Shown one piece after another: positions 46,252-58,100 of a DNA stretch of 64,000 bases. How positions within the stretch are numbered: the first letter of the stretch is position 1; every line of letters begins with the position of its first letter. Origin of the DNA: a virus; IMG/VR virus record IMGVR_UViG_3300007735_000974, positions 3,884-67,883 of that record; one strand, given 5' to 3'. The notes beneath the pieces were generated by a model. It saw only the letters and a program-made list of their open reading frames with translations. It was not told the DNA's origin and did not search any database. A program made the translations under genes and the position numbers.

Positions 46252-48703
46252 TGATTTAAAAAATTTAGAATTCCAACTTAAAAAGAAGGTAATCTCTACT
46301 GAAAGTTTTAAGAGAGGCGGTACATTTGACACGTCTAAAAACATTACAAATATTCATAAGAACATATCTAATCTTGCTGGACACCTTAGAAAAGTTGCTA
46401 TAAGAGTTGGTAATTTAGAGAAGGTGGTTAAAAATAATTCGAGAAAAATTACAAGTCTTAAAAACATCTCTAAACTTCAAGGACCACAAATAAGAGGAAC
46501 CAATATTGGTGCAAAACTTCCTGGTGGATCAGTTCAAAGTGTAGATAAAGATATTGCTGCAATTACTGCTGCTGTCATTTCTATTCATGAAACAATAAAA
46601 CAACAACAAAATTTACTTGCAGGTTCTATAGAATCTGATAGAAGAAAAAAAGAAAAGGAAAAAGGGGCGGCCGCTGAAAGTAAATTAGAAAAAAGATTTG
46701 AAGGACTAAAAAAGATTGCAGAGAAAATAATTGCACCTGTGAAATCCATTCTTGATAAGATAATAGATTTTTTTATTAATATTTTACTTGGCAGAGTAGT
46801 AATTAAATTACTTGATTGGTTAGCAGATCCAAAGAATGCTACCAAGGTCAAATCTATTATTAGATTCTTGGGAGATTGGTGGCCTGCTTTATTAGGAGCT
46901 TATATTTTATTTGGTAATTCTTTTGGCGGATTAATTCGCAGCACTGTAGGAATTGTTGGAAGATTTATATTTCAAATAGGAAAGGTTGCTATACCTCAAC
47001 TTTTAAGAGTTATTGCTGCAAATCCAATTGCTTCTTTGGTAGTTGGTGGAGCAGCTGCTGTAGGTATTGGTGCATACACTGCATCACAACAAAACGAACA
47101 AAAGAGAGAAGGTGTAAAACCAGGACAAGGAACTCCAGGAGCTCCTCAATTACAAAGAGAGCAGGTTTTACAGCGTGGTCTTGGTGGAATGTTTAATGGT
47201 GGTGGATTTGCCCGTGCTTACAGTGGTGGTGGATTATCGAGTGGATTTGTAAGTGGAGAAAAGGGAGTAGATAAAATTCCTGCAATGCTTTCTGATGGCG
47301 AATTTGTGATGTCTCGTGGTGCCGTTGCAAAGTATGGTGTTGATACTTTGGAGGAAATGAATGCTGCTGGTGGTGGAACAAATAAACCAAAAATGATTTC
47401 AGGTGTTCCTCATGCTGCTGGTGGAGGTTTAATTGGCGATCTATATGAAGGTGCTAATAGAGCATCTGGTGGAAATTTAAAACCAGTTGTTGATGAAATT
47501 ATTAGAGGATTATCGTCACAATATAAATGGGCAAATGATTTAGCAAGAAAAACTGGAGTTAAACTTTCTGGAGTTGGTAATAATGTATATAATGCGGTTA
47601 TGAATGAAGGTGTAAAGGCACAGGGATATCTTACTGGTGGAAGATTGCAAAAAGATGCAACAAATCTTTTAACTTCTGCTGCAAGTAATGCAAGTGGACT
47701 TTATAATCAAGTGAATAATACTGTCAATGATCCAAATTTACAAAAAAATGTATTAAATTATGGTCAGAAAACATTAAATTCTGTTAAAAAAAATGTTGTT
47801 AACTCCGCTGCAGGAATTTTTAGTGGAATAGAAAAAGGCGCATCATCAAACGAATATAAAAAATTCTCTGATACATCAAATAAAACACAAGATAAACTTA
47901 TTAATGTCAATGATAAATTTACTAAGATGCTTCCAGAAGGTCCTTTTAGAGAAATGATGGATAAGGGATTAATTCCTATTCCTTCTGGTAATGCAACTAT
48001 GATGAGAAATTTGACTTTTGTAAAGGCAATGTTAGGTCCTTTAGGTAAACCTTTCAAAATTATGTCAAATAAAGAAGTTGACGCGATGAGACAAAAAACA
48101 ATTGATCTTACTGCAAAAAAACATGGGCTAATTACTGATCCAAAAACTGGTCAAATTAAAATGAATTGGAACCAGGAGGATATTAATAAAGGTGGTCGTG
48201 GAGGTGGTGCATATACAGATAAACTTGGACCAGGAGGACGTGCATTTAATTCTATTTTAGGAAGATTCTCTGCATCAACGGAAGGTAATGGTAATACTTT
48301 ATACACAGATGACCGATATAATTTTAATAAAACAGTATCGGAATATGCTGGGATGGCAAAAAAAGGATTATTAAAAGGATCTTTGAGTGATGCTGGATAT
48401 TATGGATTATCAATGGCAGGTAGATTTGCTCAAGATATTGGATGGTTAAATCAAAGAGCTCTTGGGTCCAGAATTGAAATTGGAAGAGTTAAAAGACCAC
48501 CAGCACAAATAGCAAAATCAAAACCAGTTGCAAAACCAGTTAAACCTCCAGTAAAACCACAAGCAAAAGTTGTTTATGGTCCTTCAGTTCCATCACGTTT
48601 GAAGAGTAAACCAGGTGCTACTCCCAAATCTAGTGTTCCAAACTTTACTGCAGGTGCTCCTGGTATGAGATCAAAACAACAAACTCTTGGGTTAATGAGA
48701 TAA
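46238..48703 (+). CDS. Tape-measure/baseplate-hub-like virion protein
   Basis: Helical and Gly/Ala-rich; G..GVDKIPAMLSDGEFVM motif; position after gene 51. Confidence 0.65.
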   Translation: MDTSNDLKNLEFQLKKKVISTESFKRGGTFDTSKNITNIHKNISNLAGHLRKVAIRVGNLEKVVKNNSRKITSLKNISKLQGPQIRGTNIGAKLPGGSVQSVDKDIAAITAAVISIHETIKQQQNLLAGSIESDRRKKEKEKGAAAESKLEKRFEGLKKIAEKIIAPVKSILDKIIDFFINILLGRVVIKLLDWLADPKNATKVKSIIRFLGDWWPALLGAYILFGNSFGGLIRSTVGIVGRFIFQIGKVAIPQLLRVIAANPIASLVVGGAAAVGIGAYTASQQNEQKREGVKPGQGTPGAPQLQREQVLQRGLGGMFNGGGFARAYSGGGLSSGFVSGEKGVDKIPAMLSDGEFVMSRGAVAKYGVDTLEEMNAAGGGTNKPKMISGVPHAAGGGLIGDLYEGANRASGGNLKPVVDEIIRGLSSQYKWANDLARKTGVKLSGVGNNVYNAVMNEGVKAQGYLTGGRLQKDATNLLTSAASNASGLYNQVNNTVNDPNLQKNVLNYGQKTLNSVKKNVVNSAAGIFSGIEKGASSNEYKKFSDTSNKTQDKLINVNDKFTKMLPEGPFREMMDKGLIPIPSGNATMMRNLTFVKAMLGPLGKPFKIMSNKEVDAMRQKTIDLTAKKHGLITDPKTGQIKMNWNQEDINKGGRGGGAYTDKLGPGGRAFNSILGRFSASTEGNGNTLYTDDRYNFNKTVSEYAGMAKKGLLKGSLSDAGYYGLSMAGRFAQDIGWLNQRALGSRIEIGRVKRPPAQIAKSKPVAKPVKPPVKPQAKVVYGPSVPSRLKSKPGATPKSSVPNFTAGAPGMRSKQQTLGLMR

Positions 48704-48704
48704 G

Positions 48705-51700
48705 ATGGCAATTAATACTCAAAAGTTTTTGCCATCATCTAAAGGAGGAGCACTTACAAAAGTTGCTAAGATTTCTAAAGGTTCTGTTGCGATTATTTCT
48801 GAAAAGTCGCAAAAAAATATTGGAATTATAAAAGTAAAAGTTATTGAGATTGATAAACTATTAAAGGGAACAATAGCATCTCAAAAGAAAGAACTTAATG
48901 CTAAAAGAATAAAAAGTGAAGAGGAAAAATTCTCCGAATTAGAATCAAAATTAGAAACAAAACCAAAGGCAGAAAAAGGAAAAATAGAAATGCCAAAAGT
49001 CCCGAAAATGGGATTTTTGGATTGGATTAAAAACTTTATTGGTAATATTATTCTTGGATATTTTGCAGTAAGACTTGTAGATCAATTACCAAAATTGAAG
49101 GGAGTAATTTCTTTTATTGGAAAAGCATCTGATTTTGTTCTGGATATTGGAGGAAAACTTTTAGATGGATTAGTAACATTTATTGATTGGGGATACAAAG
49201 CATATGATGCTACCAGAGGATTTGTAAAAAACCTCTTCGGTCAAAATGAAGTAAAACAATTTGATAGATTATCAAGTTTATTAAATCAGTTTTTAAATCT
49301 TGCTATTATCGCAGGAATGGTTGCTGCTGGTTCTGGCGGTGGACGTGGTGGAAGAGGTGGTGGTGCAAGACTCAGACCTGGAATGGGTGGAAGACCAAGA
49401 GTAACGACAAGTGGAGGTGGTCGTGCTGGTGGCATTGATATAAGAAATCCACTTAGAGAAAGACCTACAATAACTGAAGGACGTGGTGGAAGAACTGGAT
49501 TTAGACTGCCAGAACTTTTTGGAGGAAAACCAAAAGCAAAAGTTACTGTAGGTGGATCTGCTGAGAAAGGATTATTTGGCGGAATATTTAAAGGATTAAA
49601 AGGTCCCAAAGCAGCAAAAGCATTAGGATTTGTTGGAAGAGGATTAGAAGTTGCCGCATTAATTCCTACAGTACTTGAAGTTATTGATTTAGTTAAACAG
49701 AAAAAATATAAAGATGCTGTTCGCACTATTATTAGTGCTGGATTAAGTATTGCAGTATTTGAGACAGTTATGGGTGCCACTGGTGCTGCTGCTCTTGCTG
49801 AAGAAATTTTTAGTGGCGGAGTTGCAACTCCCGCAGCAATCGCAACGTTATTTGGGGGTGTAGTTGCTTCAACTGCCGCATCTGCAGGAACTTCTGCAGT
49901 ATCTGATGCTCTTCTCAAAAAACTTGGACTGGAAGATAAACCTAAAGGTATGAGAAGTGGTGGTACAACATCAAAAGGCCCAAAAAGAAGAACTTTAAAT
50001 ACAAAGAAAGGAAAATATAAAAGAAAACTTGCTCCAAGAAAACCTGGACAAGTTCAAATTCAACCTGGTGCTGATGTTGGTGGTGAAGATAAATTATTTG
50101 GATTATTTCCCAATCCGCTTAAAGCGGCTCAAAATGCTATTGATATGATGAATCCATTTAAGGTGATTGAAAATACTGGAAAAGAACTTGGAAAGAGTGA
50201 TTACTTTGGACCAATTCTGGCGATTACTTCTAAAATTCTTTTAGGACAAAAACCAAACCAAAAAGATTATGAAAACGTTGGTCTTGGAATTAATCTTTTA
50301 GTTTCAAAAGGATTGAATGAAGGTCAATTAAAGGGTGGACTTGCTGCTGCATTTGCAGAAGGTGGATTTGTTGATCCAAAAACTTTAGATGCCATAAATC
50401 AAGGCGGTGATATTACAAATTGGGTTGCAAAAGCATTTAGAGAATCAACAGAGAATAATACCCAAGATATTTTAAGAGACATTCAAGAAAACTTGAGATT
50501 GAAAAAAGGAGAACCACCTGCACCTACCCCAGACACCGAGGGCACTGGTGGAGTTGGGGGCGAATATTCTCCTTCTGGACTGCAGGGAGACATATACAAG
50601 TATCTTCTTTCTAAAGGCATGGATGATATACATGCTCTTGGAATTATGGCTAATATATCAAGAGAAAGTGGATTTAGACCAGGAGCAGATGAAACTGGAA
50701 CAGGTAGTGGTGGAGTAGGACTATTTCAATATACTTATCCAGCCAGAAAAGAAAAATTTTTAAAAGCAGTTGCTGATTATAAAACAAATTGGAAAGGTCA
50801 AATTGATTATGCAATTAATGAAAGCGTAGGTCCACAATATTTAAAAATGAATTTTAAATCACCACAAGAAGCTGCAGATTGGTGGATGTTAAAATGGGAA
50901 AATCCTGCGGAAGATATAAAATATGATAAAGGTCCAAAGATACACGCACAATATCTTGCAAGTCTTGAAAAATTTAAAACACAAAAAGGATACCAAATAC
51001 CAACCAGTGCTGATGTGGGAAGTATGCTTGGTGGAAGTGGAAAATTAAAACAGTATCTTACAGGAGATCATACAGATAAAGCACATTATGATAAAAATCA
51101 CGATAGTATTGCAGGTGTAATAGACAATTATCATGACCATTTAGCATTTGCTGATCATGCAACTGCGGTTAATGCATATAATTTTTTCAAACAAAAAGGT
51201 TTTACAGTAACTGAACTTCTTGGAAATCCATATTCCTCAACAGAACTTGCTAGAAGACATAGTGGACCAGATCATCCTGCTGGTCTTGCTTTTGATGTTC
51301 CGGGTATTCAATGGGGAGGAAAACCGGGAACTTCATCTGGACCAAGAGAATGGCAAGGATCTGCAAAAGTTAGAGATACCTTAAAACAATTTCTTGGTGG
51401 CTCTTCTAATCCAGCAATCGCAAAAGCATATGCAAAAGGCGGAGAAACTCTTGCTGGACCTCACCTTGCAATGTTGGGAGAAAAGGGAAGAGAGATAGTT
51501 GTTGATGCTGATAGTTCTGGTCCAGCAAGAGATATGTTGCTTGCTATCAACCAAGCAAAAGATCATAAAGGAGTGATGAAAGCAATTCAACAATATGCTC
51601 CTTATGATGCACTCTCACCACAAACAATTGTTATGCCATCATCTGGTGGAGAAAGTGATTATGATTCTGGAATGTCTGGTGGAGGTGTTATGATGATGGA

Positions 51701-51755
51701 CGGAGGTGGAGGAGATTCTTATGATCCATTTGATGCTCTGGAAATGGGTGGTTAA
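48705..51755 (+). CDS. Tape-measure-like virion protein with phage tail lysozyme domain
   Basis: ALGIMANISRESGF...GVGLFQY...QIDY...AA..W...WE lysozyme-like segment; AMLGEKGRE motif. Confidence 0.7.
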   Translation: MAINTQKFLPSSKGGALTKVAKISKGSVAIISEKSQKNIGIIKVKVIEIDKLLKGTIASQKKELNAKRIKSEEEKFSELESKLETKPKAEKGKIEMPKVPKMGFLDWIKNFIGNIILGYFAVRLVDQLPKLKGVISFIGKASDFVLDIGGKLLDGLVTFIDWGYKAYDATRGFVKNLFGQNEVKQFDRLSSLLNQFLNLAIIAGMVAAGSGGGRGGRGGGARLRPGMGGRPRVTTSGGGRAGGIDIRNPLRERPTITEGRGGRTGFRLPELFGGKPKAKVTVGGSAEKGLFGGIFKGLKGPKAAKALGFVGRGLEVAALIPTVLEVIDLVKQKKYKDAVRTIISAGLSIAVFETVMGATGAAALAEEIFSGGVATPAAIATLFGGVVASTAASAGTSAVSDALLKKLGLEDKPKGMRSGGTTSKGPKRRTLNTKKGKYKRKLAPRKPGQVQIQPGADVGGEDKLFGLFPNPLKAAQNAIDMMNPFKVIENTGKELGKSDYFGPILAITSKILLGQKPNQKDYENVGLGINLLVSKGLNEGQLKGGLAAAFAEGGFVDPKTLDAINQGGDITNWVAKAFRESTENNTQDILRDIQENLRLKKGEPPAPTPDTEGTGGVGGEYSPSGLQGDIYKYLLSKGMDDIHALGIMANISRESGFRPGADETGTGSGGVGLFQYTYPARKEKFLKAVADYKTNWKGQIDYAINESVGPQYLKMNFKSPQEAADWWMLKWENPAEDIKYDKGPKIHAQYLASLEKFKTQKGYQIPTSADVGSMLGGSGKLKQYLTGDHTDKAHYDKNHDSIAGVIDNYHDHLAFADHATAVNAYNFFKQKGFTVTELLGNPYSSTELARRHSGPDHPAGLAFDVPGIQWGGKPGTSSGPREWQGSAKVRDTLKQFLGGSSNPAIAKAYAKGGETLAGPHLAMLGEKGREIVVDADSSGPARDMLLAINQAKDHKGVMKAIQQYAPYDALSPQTIVMPSSGGESDYDSGMSGGGVMMMDGGGGDSYDPFDALEMGG

Positions 51756-51778
51756 ATAGAAATAAGAGGTAATATCAA

Positions 51779-53119
51779 ATGTCAAAACAGATAATCTCAA
51801 AAAGTGCAGAACCGTCTTTTATTGAAAGATTGGATATTGTATCAAATAAAGATCAGAGTAAGACCGTAAGCGTTACTGGTGGAACTATTCGTTTGATGTA
51901 TTATGAAAGTATCTTACAAGATACTATAAAAGCAACTATAACGTTTACAGATTCTGGAAATAGTATTGACAAGAAAACCGTTCTTGAGGGATTGCCTCTG
52001 GTTGGACAAGAGAAAGTTTATGTAAAATTCAAAGACAATAATGACCAACAAATAGATCTAACTTTATATGTAAATAAAGTTACTCCCCTATCTGATGATA
52101 CAACAAAATCCATGGTTCAATTGGATCTTGTATCTAAAGAGTTTATTATGAATGAGAAGGTGAGGTTAAACACAAGATTCGATGGCAAAATATCTGATCA
52201 TATTAAAAAAATTCTATCGGATGCTAATTATATCAATACTCAAAAGAAACTTGATATTGAAGAGACATCTAATACCTATAACTTTATTGGTAATAATAAA
52301 AAACCATACTATGTAATGAACTGGTTATCAAAAAAAGCAGTTCCACAATTACCTGGAGCAGATGGAAGCACTGCTGGTTATTTTTTCTTTGAAACTTCGG
52401 AGGGGTTTAAATTTAAATCAATTGATTCTATGCTAAATCAAGAGAAGAAAAAATCAATTACTTTTAACCAATCACCAGATTCAAGAGGAGATAATATACC
52501 TGCAGGTTATGATATAAAGGCTTTAGAATATTCAAAAGATAATCGTGTTGATGTCAAAGAAAAATTAAAAATGGGAGCATTCTCAACTCGTACAATTTTA
52601 TTTGATCCATTCAATTGTTACTATGAAGTTATCACCCCAAATGCAAAAGAAAAAGAAAAAGATTTGAAACTTGGTGGAAAAGAACTGCCTGTATTAAATC
52701 CTGAATTTAATAAAGAAGGAAAAAATAAAGATTTTTCAAGAACAACATATATGTTGATTGATAAAGGATCGCTTCCTTCTGGAGATACTTCACAGCAAAT
52801 AGAAAAATCAAAAGAGCAAAATTTTGATCCAAAGAAAATCTTAAATCAATCAATTATGAGGTATAATCAATTATTCTCTGCTAAAAGCACAGTCACAATA
52901 CCCGGAGACTTTTCATTACATGCAGGAGATTCTGTTCTTATTGATGCGAAACAACTTGCCGAGGCAGATGAAGAAATAAACAAGGAATATGGAGGTCTAT
53001 ATATTATAGCGGATTTATGTCATTATATTTCTACAAAAGAAACTTATACTAAACTTAATTTGGTAAGGGATTCATTTGGTAGAATTGGTAATCACACATC
53101 TGGGAAAATACCATTATGA
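51779..53119 (+). CDS. Baseplate hub protein (gp27-like)
   Basis: YYESIL, LPLVGQEKV, GYFFFET..GF.FKSID, IPGDF.LHAGD, GG.YII..LCH. Confidence 0.7.
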   Translation: MSKQIISKSAEPSFIERLDIVSNKDQSKTVSVTGGTIRLMYYESILQDTIKATITFTDSGNSIDKKTVLEGLPLVGQEKVYVKFKDNNDQQIDLTLYVNKVTPLSDDTTKSMVQLDLVSKEFIMNEKVRLNTRFDGKISDHIKKILSDANYINTQKKLDIEETSNTYNFIGNNKKPYYVMNWLSKKAVPQLPGADGSTAGYFFFETSEGFKFKSIDSMLNQEKKKSITFNQSPDSRGDNIPAGYDIKALEYSKDNRVDVKEKLKMGAFSTRTILFDPFNCYYEVITPNAKEKEKDLKLGGKELPVLNPEFNKEGKNKDFSRTTYMLIDKGSLPSGDTSQQIEKSKEQNFDPKKILNQSIMRYNQLFSAKSTVTIPGDFSLHAGDSVLIDAKQLAEADEEINKEYGGLYIIADLCHYISTKETYTKLNLVRDSFGRIGNHTSGKIPL

Positions 53120-53334
53120 ACAACAGAACTCTTCAACAGCATATTGATGATGATAAGAATGAATTGGATAATTCAAATACAAATAGTCAGAGGCGTCGTC
53201 ATTTAGAAGATGAATTGTCTTCTTTAGAAAAATATAAGGAAAATCATCCAGAAGATCATCACGACCCATCACCATTAGAACTTTATTGTGATAGTAATCC
53301 AGAAGCATTAGAATGTAGAATTTATGAAAATTGA
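53116..53334 (+). CDS. cp12: Calvin-cycle inhibitor CP12
   Basis: HDPSPLELYCDSNPEALECRIYE C-terminal Cys pair; RRRH...EL..L motif of cyanophage CP12. Confidence 0.9.
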   Translation: MNNRTLQQHIDDDKNELDNSNTNSQRRRHLEDELSSLEKYKENHPEDHHDPSPLELYCDSNPEALECRIYEN

Positions 53335-53340
53335 TAAGTA

Positions 53341-55155
53341 ATGGAAGGAACTGCATTATTTAATTCGGGATTTTTGGGAGCATCATTTAATTGGTGGGTT
53401 GGTCAGATTGCTGATGACTCCACCTGGCGTGATAATATGCTGCCTGGAAAACATCAAAGTAAGGATGAGGTTCCTGGTTGGGGTCGTAGATATAAAGTCA
53501 GAATTATTGGATTGCATGATAAAGAAGAAGAGACGATTCCTTCGGACCAACTTCCTTGGGCTCAGGTTATGTATCCCATCACAGCAGGTGGTGGTCAAAC
53601 AAATGCACTTGAAACTCCAGGTTTGAGGCAAGGTAATTTTGTATTTGGATTTTTCCTTGATGGACAGGATCAGCAAGTTCCTGTAATTATGGGAGTGTTA
53701 GGTAATAATTCTCAGACCGCACTTGCAACAAAAATTGGAACAACAAAACAAAACTTTGCTGCTACAAGTGGATATGCAGAAGGAAAAGAACCTCCACAAC
53801 TACAAGCAAGACCAAAAGTTCCTGACACTGGATTAGGTACAAAAAAACCAAAAGATCCAGAACAATCTGCAGAATGTGCTCCTGCTCCTCCTGGTGTTAA
53901 GGTTAATGAGTTTGGTCTTCGTTCAGATTTACCTTTAAGTAAGTTGCAATTTTTAGATCAACAAAGTGCGCTAAGAGAAGCAGAAGCAAGAGGATTGACA
54001 GGAGCAAATAAATCTGATTTCGTTCAAAAAGCAGTTGCTAAAGGAATTAAAGATCGCTGCAAGTTTGCAAATTCTCCACAATCTGGATCAGCGCCAGGAG
54101 CAACAATTGAGCAACCAGATAATCCACATATTGTAACTGCTGGTGATGTAAAGAGACAAGAATATTATACTAAAAAAATTGTATTGATGAATCCTTGTGA
54201 TATGACTGGATCTTCATTAAAAGCAATGAAAACAATTATTGAAAATCTTACAAAAGATATTAATAAGTATTTGGCAGCAGCAAATAGTTATATTGATGCG
54301 GTTACAAATGTAATATCATCTCTTAAAGATATAATTGCAAATGCTGCTTGTCAAATTGCAAAATACATGAAGATTATTTTTGATAAAATCTTTGAATATG
54401 TTTTGAAAAAAATTAATAAAGCACTATCAAAAACAGTTGATTTATTATTTCCAAATCAAAGATTTAAGTATAGTGACATTAAGGAAAAGATTAATGAAAT
54501 TCTTAATGCTGTATATAGTAAAATTACTAATAATCTTTGTGGACAAATACAAGGATTTTTGGATAAAGTTCTGAATAAAAGTATATCAAAAGAACGTGAT
54601 CCAGATGAAGAAGATTCAACTGTTCCAACAAATGGTACTACCACAATTACTCCTATTTGTTCTGTAGAAGAATTAAGTGGAAGTATCATTGGTCAAAATA
54701 TGAGTGATATGAATAAATCTGCAGATGACATTTTAAATAATGTCAATAATTTTCTTTCAGATATTCAATCTGAGTTGTCAGAAGTTTCTGGTGCAGTCAA
54801 TAATATTTCGTCTATAGTTGGAGGAATTAGTGGAAGTATTACAACAGCACTTAATTTTACAAATATTATCTTAAATATATTTCCAAGTGATTCAAAACCA
54901 AACTGTGCAGTATCAGATCAATATTGTTTAGCAACTGGTGGAGGTGCTACTGAACCAGCACAATTACCAAGAGCTGCTGAAGTAGACAAAGCAGCACAGA
55001 ATCCCACACAATCAACACCCACACCAACAGTACCATTCAAAGAACCTTCAAAATCTACAGTTGATGTTAATTATAGTGACAAACCATCTACTGCTGCTGA
55101 AAGAGCACAAGTCAGTGCAAATCAAACTCCTGGGTTTACCCGGATTGGTGGATAA
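53341..55155 (+). CDS. 5: Baseplate hub/spike protein (gp5 N-terminal OB domain)
   Basis: WWVGQ, RYKVRIIG.H, LPWA, G..VFGFFLDG...QVPVIMG. Confidence 0.85.
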   Translation: MEGTALFNSGFLGASFNWWVGQIADDSTWRDNMLPGKHQSKDEVPGWGRRYKVRIIGLHDKEEETIPSDQLPWAQVMYPITAGGGQTNALETPGLRQGNFVFGFFLDGQDQQVPVIMGVLGNNSQTALATKIGTTKQNFAATSGYAEGKEPPQLQARPKVPDTGLGTKKPKDPEQSAECAPAPPGVKVNEFGLRSDLPLSKLQFLDQQSALREAEARGLTGANKSDFVQKAVAKGIKDRCKFANSPQSGSAPGATIEQPDNPHIVTAGDVKRQEYYTKKIVLMNPCDMTGSSLKAMKTIIENLTKDINKYLAAANSYIDAVTNVISSLKDIIANAACQIAKYMKIIFDKIFEYVLKKINKALSKTVDLLFPNQRFKYSDIKEKINEILNAVYSKITNNLCGQIQGFLDKVLNKSISKERDPDEEDSTVPTNGTTTITPICSVEELSGSIIGQNMSDMNKSADDILNNVNNFLSDIQSELSEVSGAVNNISSIVGGISGSITTALNFTNIILNIFPSDSKPNCAVSDQYCLATGGGATEPAQLPRAAEVDKAAQNPTQSTPTPTVPFKEPSKSTVDVNYSDKPSTAAERAQVSANQTPGFTRIGG

Positions 55156-55177
55156 ATATTGTTAATCAGAAAAAGAT

Positions 55178-58100
55178 ATGCCGACTAATTTATTTGGACC
55201 TGCATCAAAAGATGATATTAAAGTAGGGTACATTTCTACTGATACTGGATATGTGACGGGAGTGACTATCTGCGAGGCAAATAATTATGCTCAAAAAAAT
55301 CCAGGAACAACATTTATTTTTAGAAATGGAAATAATAATATTCAGTATTTGAATATTAATGAAGTAAATAAATTAACACCAAATGACATCGTTTCTACAG
55401 CAAATACTTGTGGTGGACCTCAAGCAGTTGTAGAGTGCGGCGTTCCTGTCATTAGTATTACTGGTGGAGGTGGTGTAGGAGCATTGGGAAATGCAGTTGT
55501 TGGTAGTGATGGAGCAATACTTGCAGTAGATGTGATAGAAGGAGGATTTGGATATCAGTACGAACCTTTTGTAAATGCAAAAGATAACTGCCAAATTGGT
55601 AATGGTGCAGTGCTGACTGCTGTTCTTGGAGAAAGTACTGAAACACTTGAAACATATGATAATGAAGCAGACTTTGAAGAATATGAAATATGTCCCGATA
55701 CAACTGTTGGATATGGTAGAAATTGGGGTCCTAATGGAGAAGATTTAGGACCTTGGGATCCAAAAACTTATACAGAGGTAAGTGAAGATCCAATTCAAAA
55801 AGAAATTGAAAAATATCAAAAAGAAGTTACTGTAGGAAAAAATCCATTCTGGACAACAAGAAAGAATACACCAAAAAGAGTCACATCTTTAGGACAACCT
55901 TTTAGAAAGTATGACGTAACTGATGCTTCACATTTGAAATTAGTTCGTGAGTCAACTAAAAATAAAACCTATACTGCTTGGAATGAATTTATGAATTCCT
56001 ACGCAGTATCTCCTGTTTCTCCTTCAAATGTTTCGGGAAGTGATTATGCAGGAAGAGTATTTACTTTTGAATGGGAGGATAGTTTCCCTCGTGATGGTGA
56101 ATATATTTTTAGAGGATTGTGTGATAACAAAGCAACACTATATGTTGATGGATTAAAATTATTTGATCTTGGTGGTTTTAATCAAGCTGTAAATCCTCAA
56201 AGAAAAACTTTGCAGGCGGGAGTTCATAAAATTAGAGTAGATCTTTTAAATAATCCAATTTATGAAACTAAAATAATACAGGATAAAGTAGAAACTCAAG
56301 TAGCAGGAGCAGATTTCATTCTTAAGAGTGATGGATATTATTTACTGGTTGGTGGAAATGTTGAAACTGAAGTAACTCTTTCATTGTCTTGGAAAGATGA
56401 TCCAAATAGTTATGGAATAGCAATTTCAAAAGCAATTATTCCAAATCCAGATGGTGAACCAATAATCTTAGAAAAAAATAAAGAAAATGGCAATTGGGCA
56501 ACAAGGGGATCTGTAAGTGCAAAATCTATTTTTAAAGTAAATAGAGAATATGGACCAATTACACTTGTAGATACGCAAAGAACACCAAGACTTGCAAATA
56601 AAAATACTTTTTATGGAGAAAGTAGTACCAGGTATGGAAAAATTGAATTCTTTGATGGAGGTGGTGATGATGTAAATGGTTATATTCAAATTATAGAAAC
56701 AAAAAATCTTCAACCAAATAGAATAATTAGTCAACCCACATCAAGTGCAATTCAAAATAGAGTTGTATTTAATACAGTAGATTATATTGATAAGGCAAAT
56801 CGTCCTTTGTGGAGAACTAATGTATTTGGTAGAGGTGGATTTATTAATGATTATGGAGTATGTCCATTTGATACTACTGTAACTTTAAATGATAATCCAT
56901 ATGCAGGTACTCATACGATTGTTTGGTCGAATGTAAATTTCCCTGTTGATGGTTCTTATAGAATTAGAATGGGAGTTGACGATAATGTAACTCTTTATAT
57001 CGGGGATGAGCAAATAAGATATGAGGGATTTATTCCAGGAACATCAATATCAAAACCTGAATTTAACGAGATTAGAACTTTTAAAGCGGGAAATTATACT
57101 ATTCGCGCAGAACTTGAACAAATACCTGGTGGACAATTTGGATTTGATCCAACAAGACTTCTCAATCCAATGGTGCTTGCTATTGATATTGGAATTTCAT
57201 ATGCTTCTGAACAGGTTGTCACTTCAAAATCTTGGAATGAAAACCCAATGGCAATTTCTGTTACAATTGATGCTCCTCCTCCAATCATTCCTCAAGAAAA
57301 ACCACCTGTACAAACTGGAAGATGTCCTCCAAGTCCACTTTGGTCTACAAGATTTCCTGGAGCATCTAACTCTTGGTATCCTGTAAGATTTAATGGATGG
57401 AGCAAATTCTTAAATCGTTATGCACTATCTCCAGTTCCTCCGTTGGATACTCTTGACAGTGATAGTGGAGGATCAATTTTTAGAAATTCTTGGAATATAG
57501 AAATTCCTTATCGAGGATATTATAAACTTCAAGGAGAGGTAGATGATATTGCAAAAATTTATATTGATGATAAATTGTCATTGAATCTTTCACGAAGAGT
57601 GGGCAAAACGAATGGTTCGGAAAAGGTTCTATTAGAAAAAGGCAATCATACAATTTCTGTTGAGGTTACTAACTATACTTCTGAAGCATTTACGCAAGTT
57701 GAAAAGAAAATTTTTAGTACTCACGATTGGGAAGTTGCTCCAGTAATTACTCAAAAGCAAGAACAAAAAGCAGGAAGTCTTTTTATTAAAGAAGGAAATC
57801 AATATTATATGCTTGCAGGTGGCAATGACATTGTTGAAATTGATCTTGTACTTGATTGGAAAGATGATCCAAGAACTGCTGGACTTGCTGTAAAGAAATT
57901 AATTATCGATACAGAAAAGGGTCCCTTGATATTTGATAAAGCTCCTGGTGTCACAATCAGTGGTAGGCAGAGGGGACTTAGGATATCTGGAGGAACAATA
58001 CCAACGACAGGTTCTATTGCAAAAACAGGAACATTTAAGGCGAATAAAAAATATGCAATCACAATTGAAGGAAGAGCAGAAGGTTCATTAGATCCTGTCA

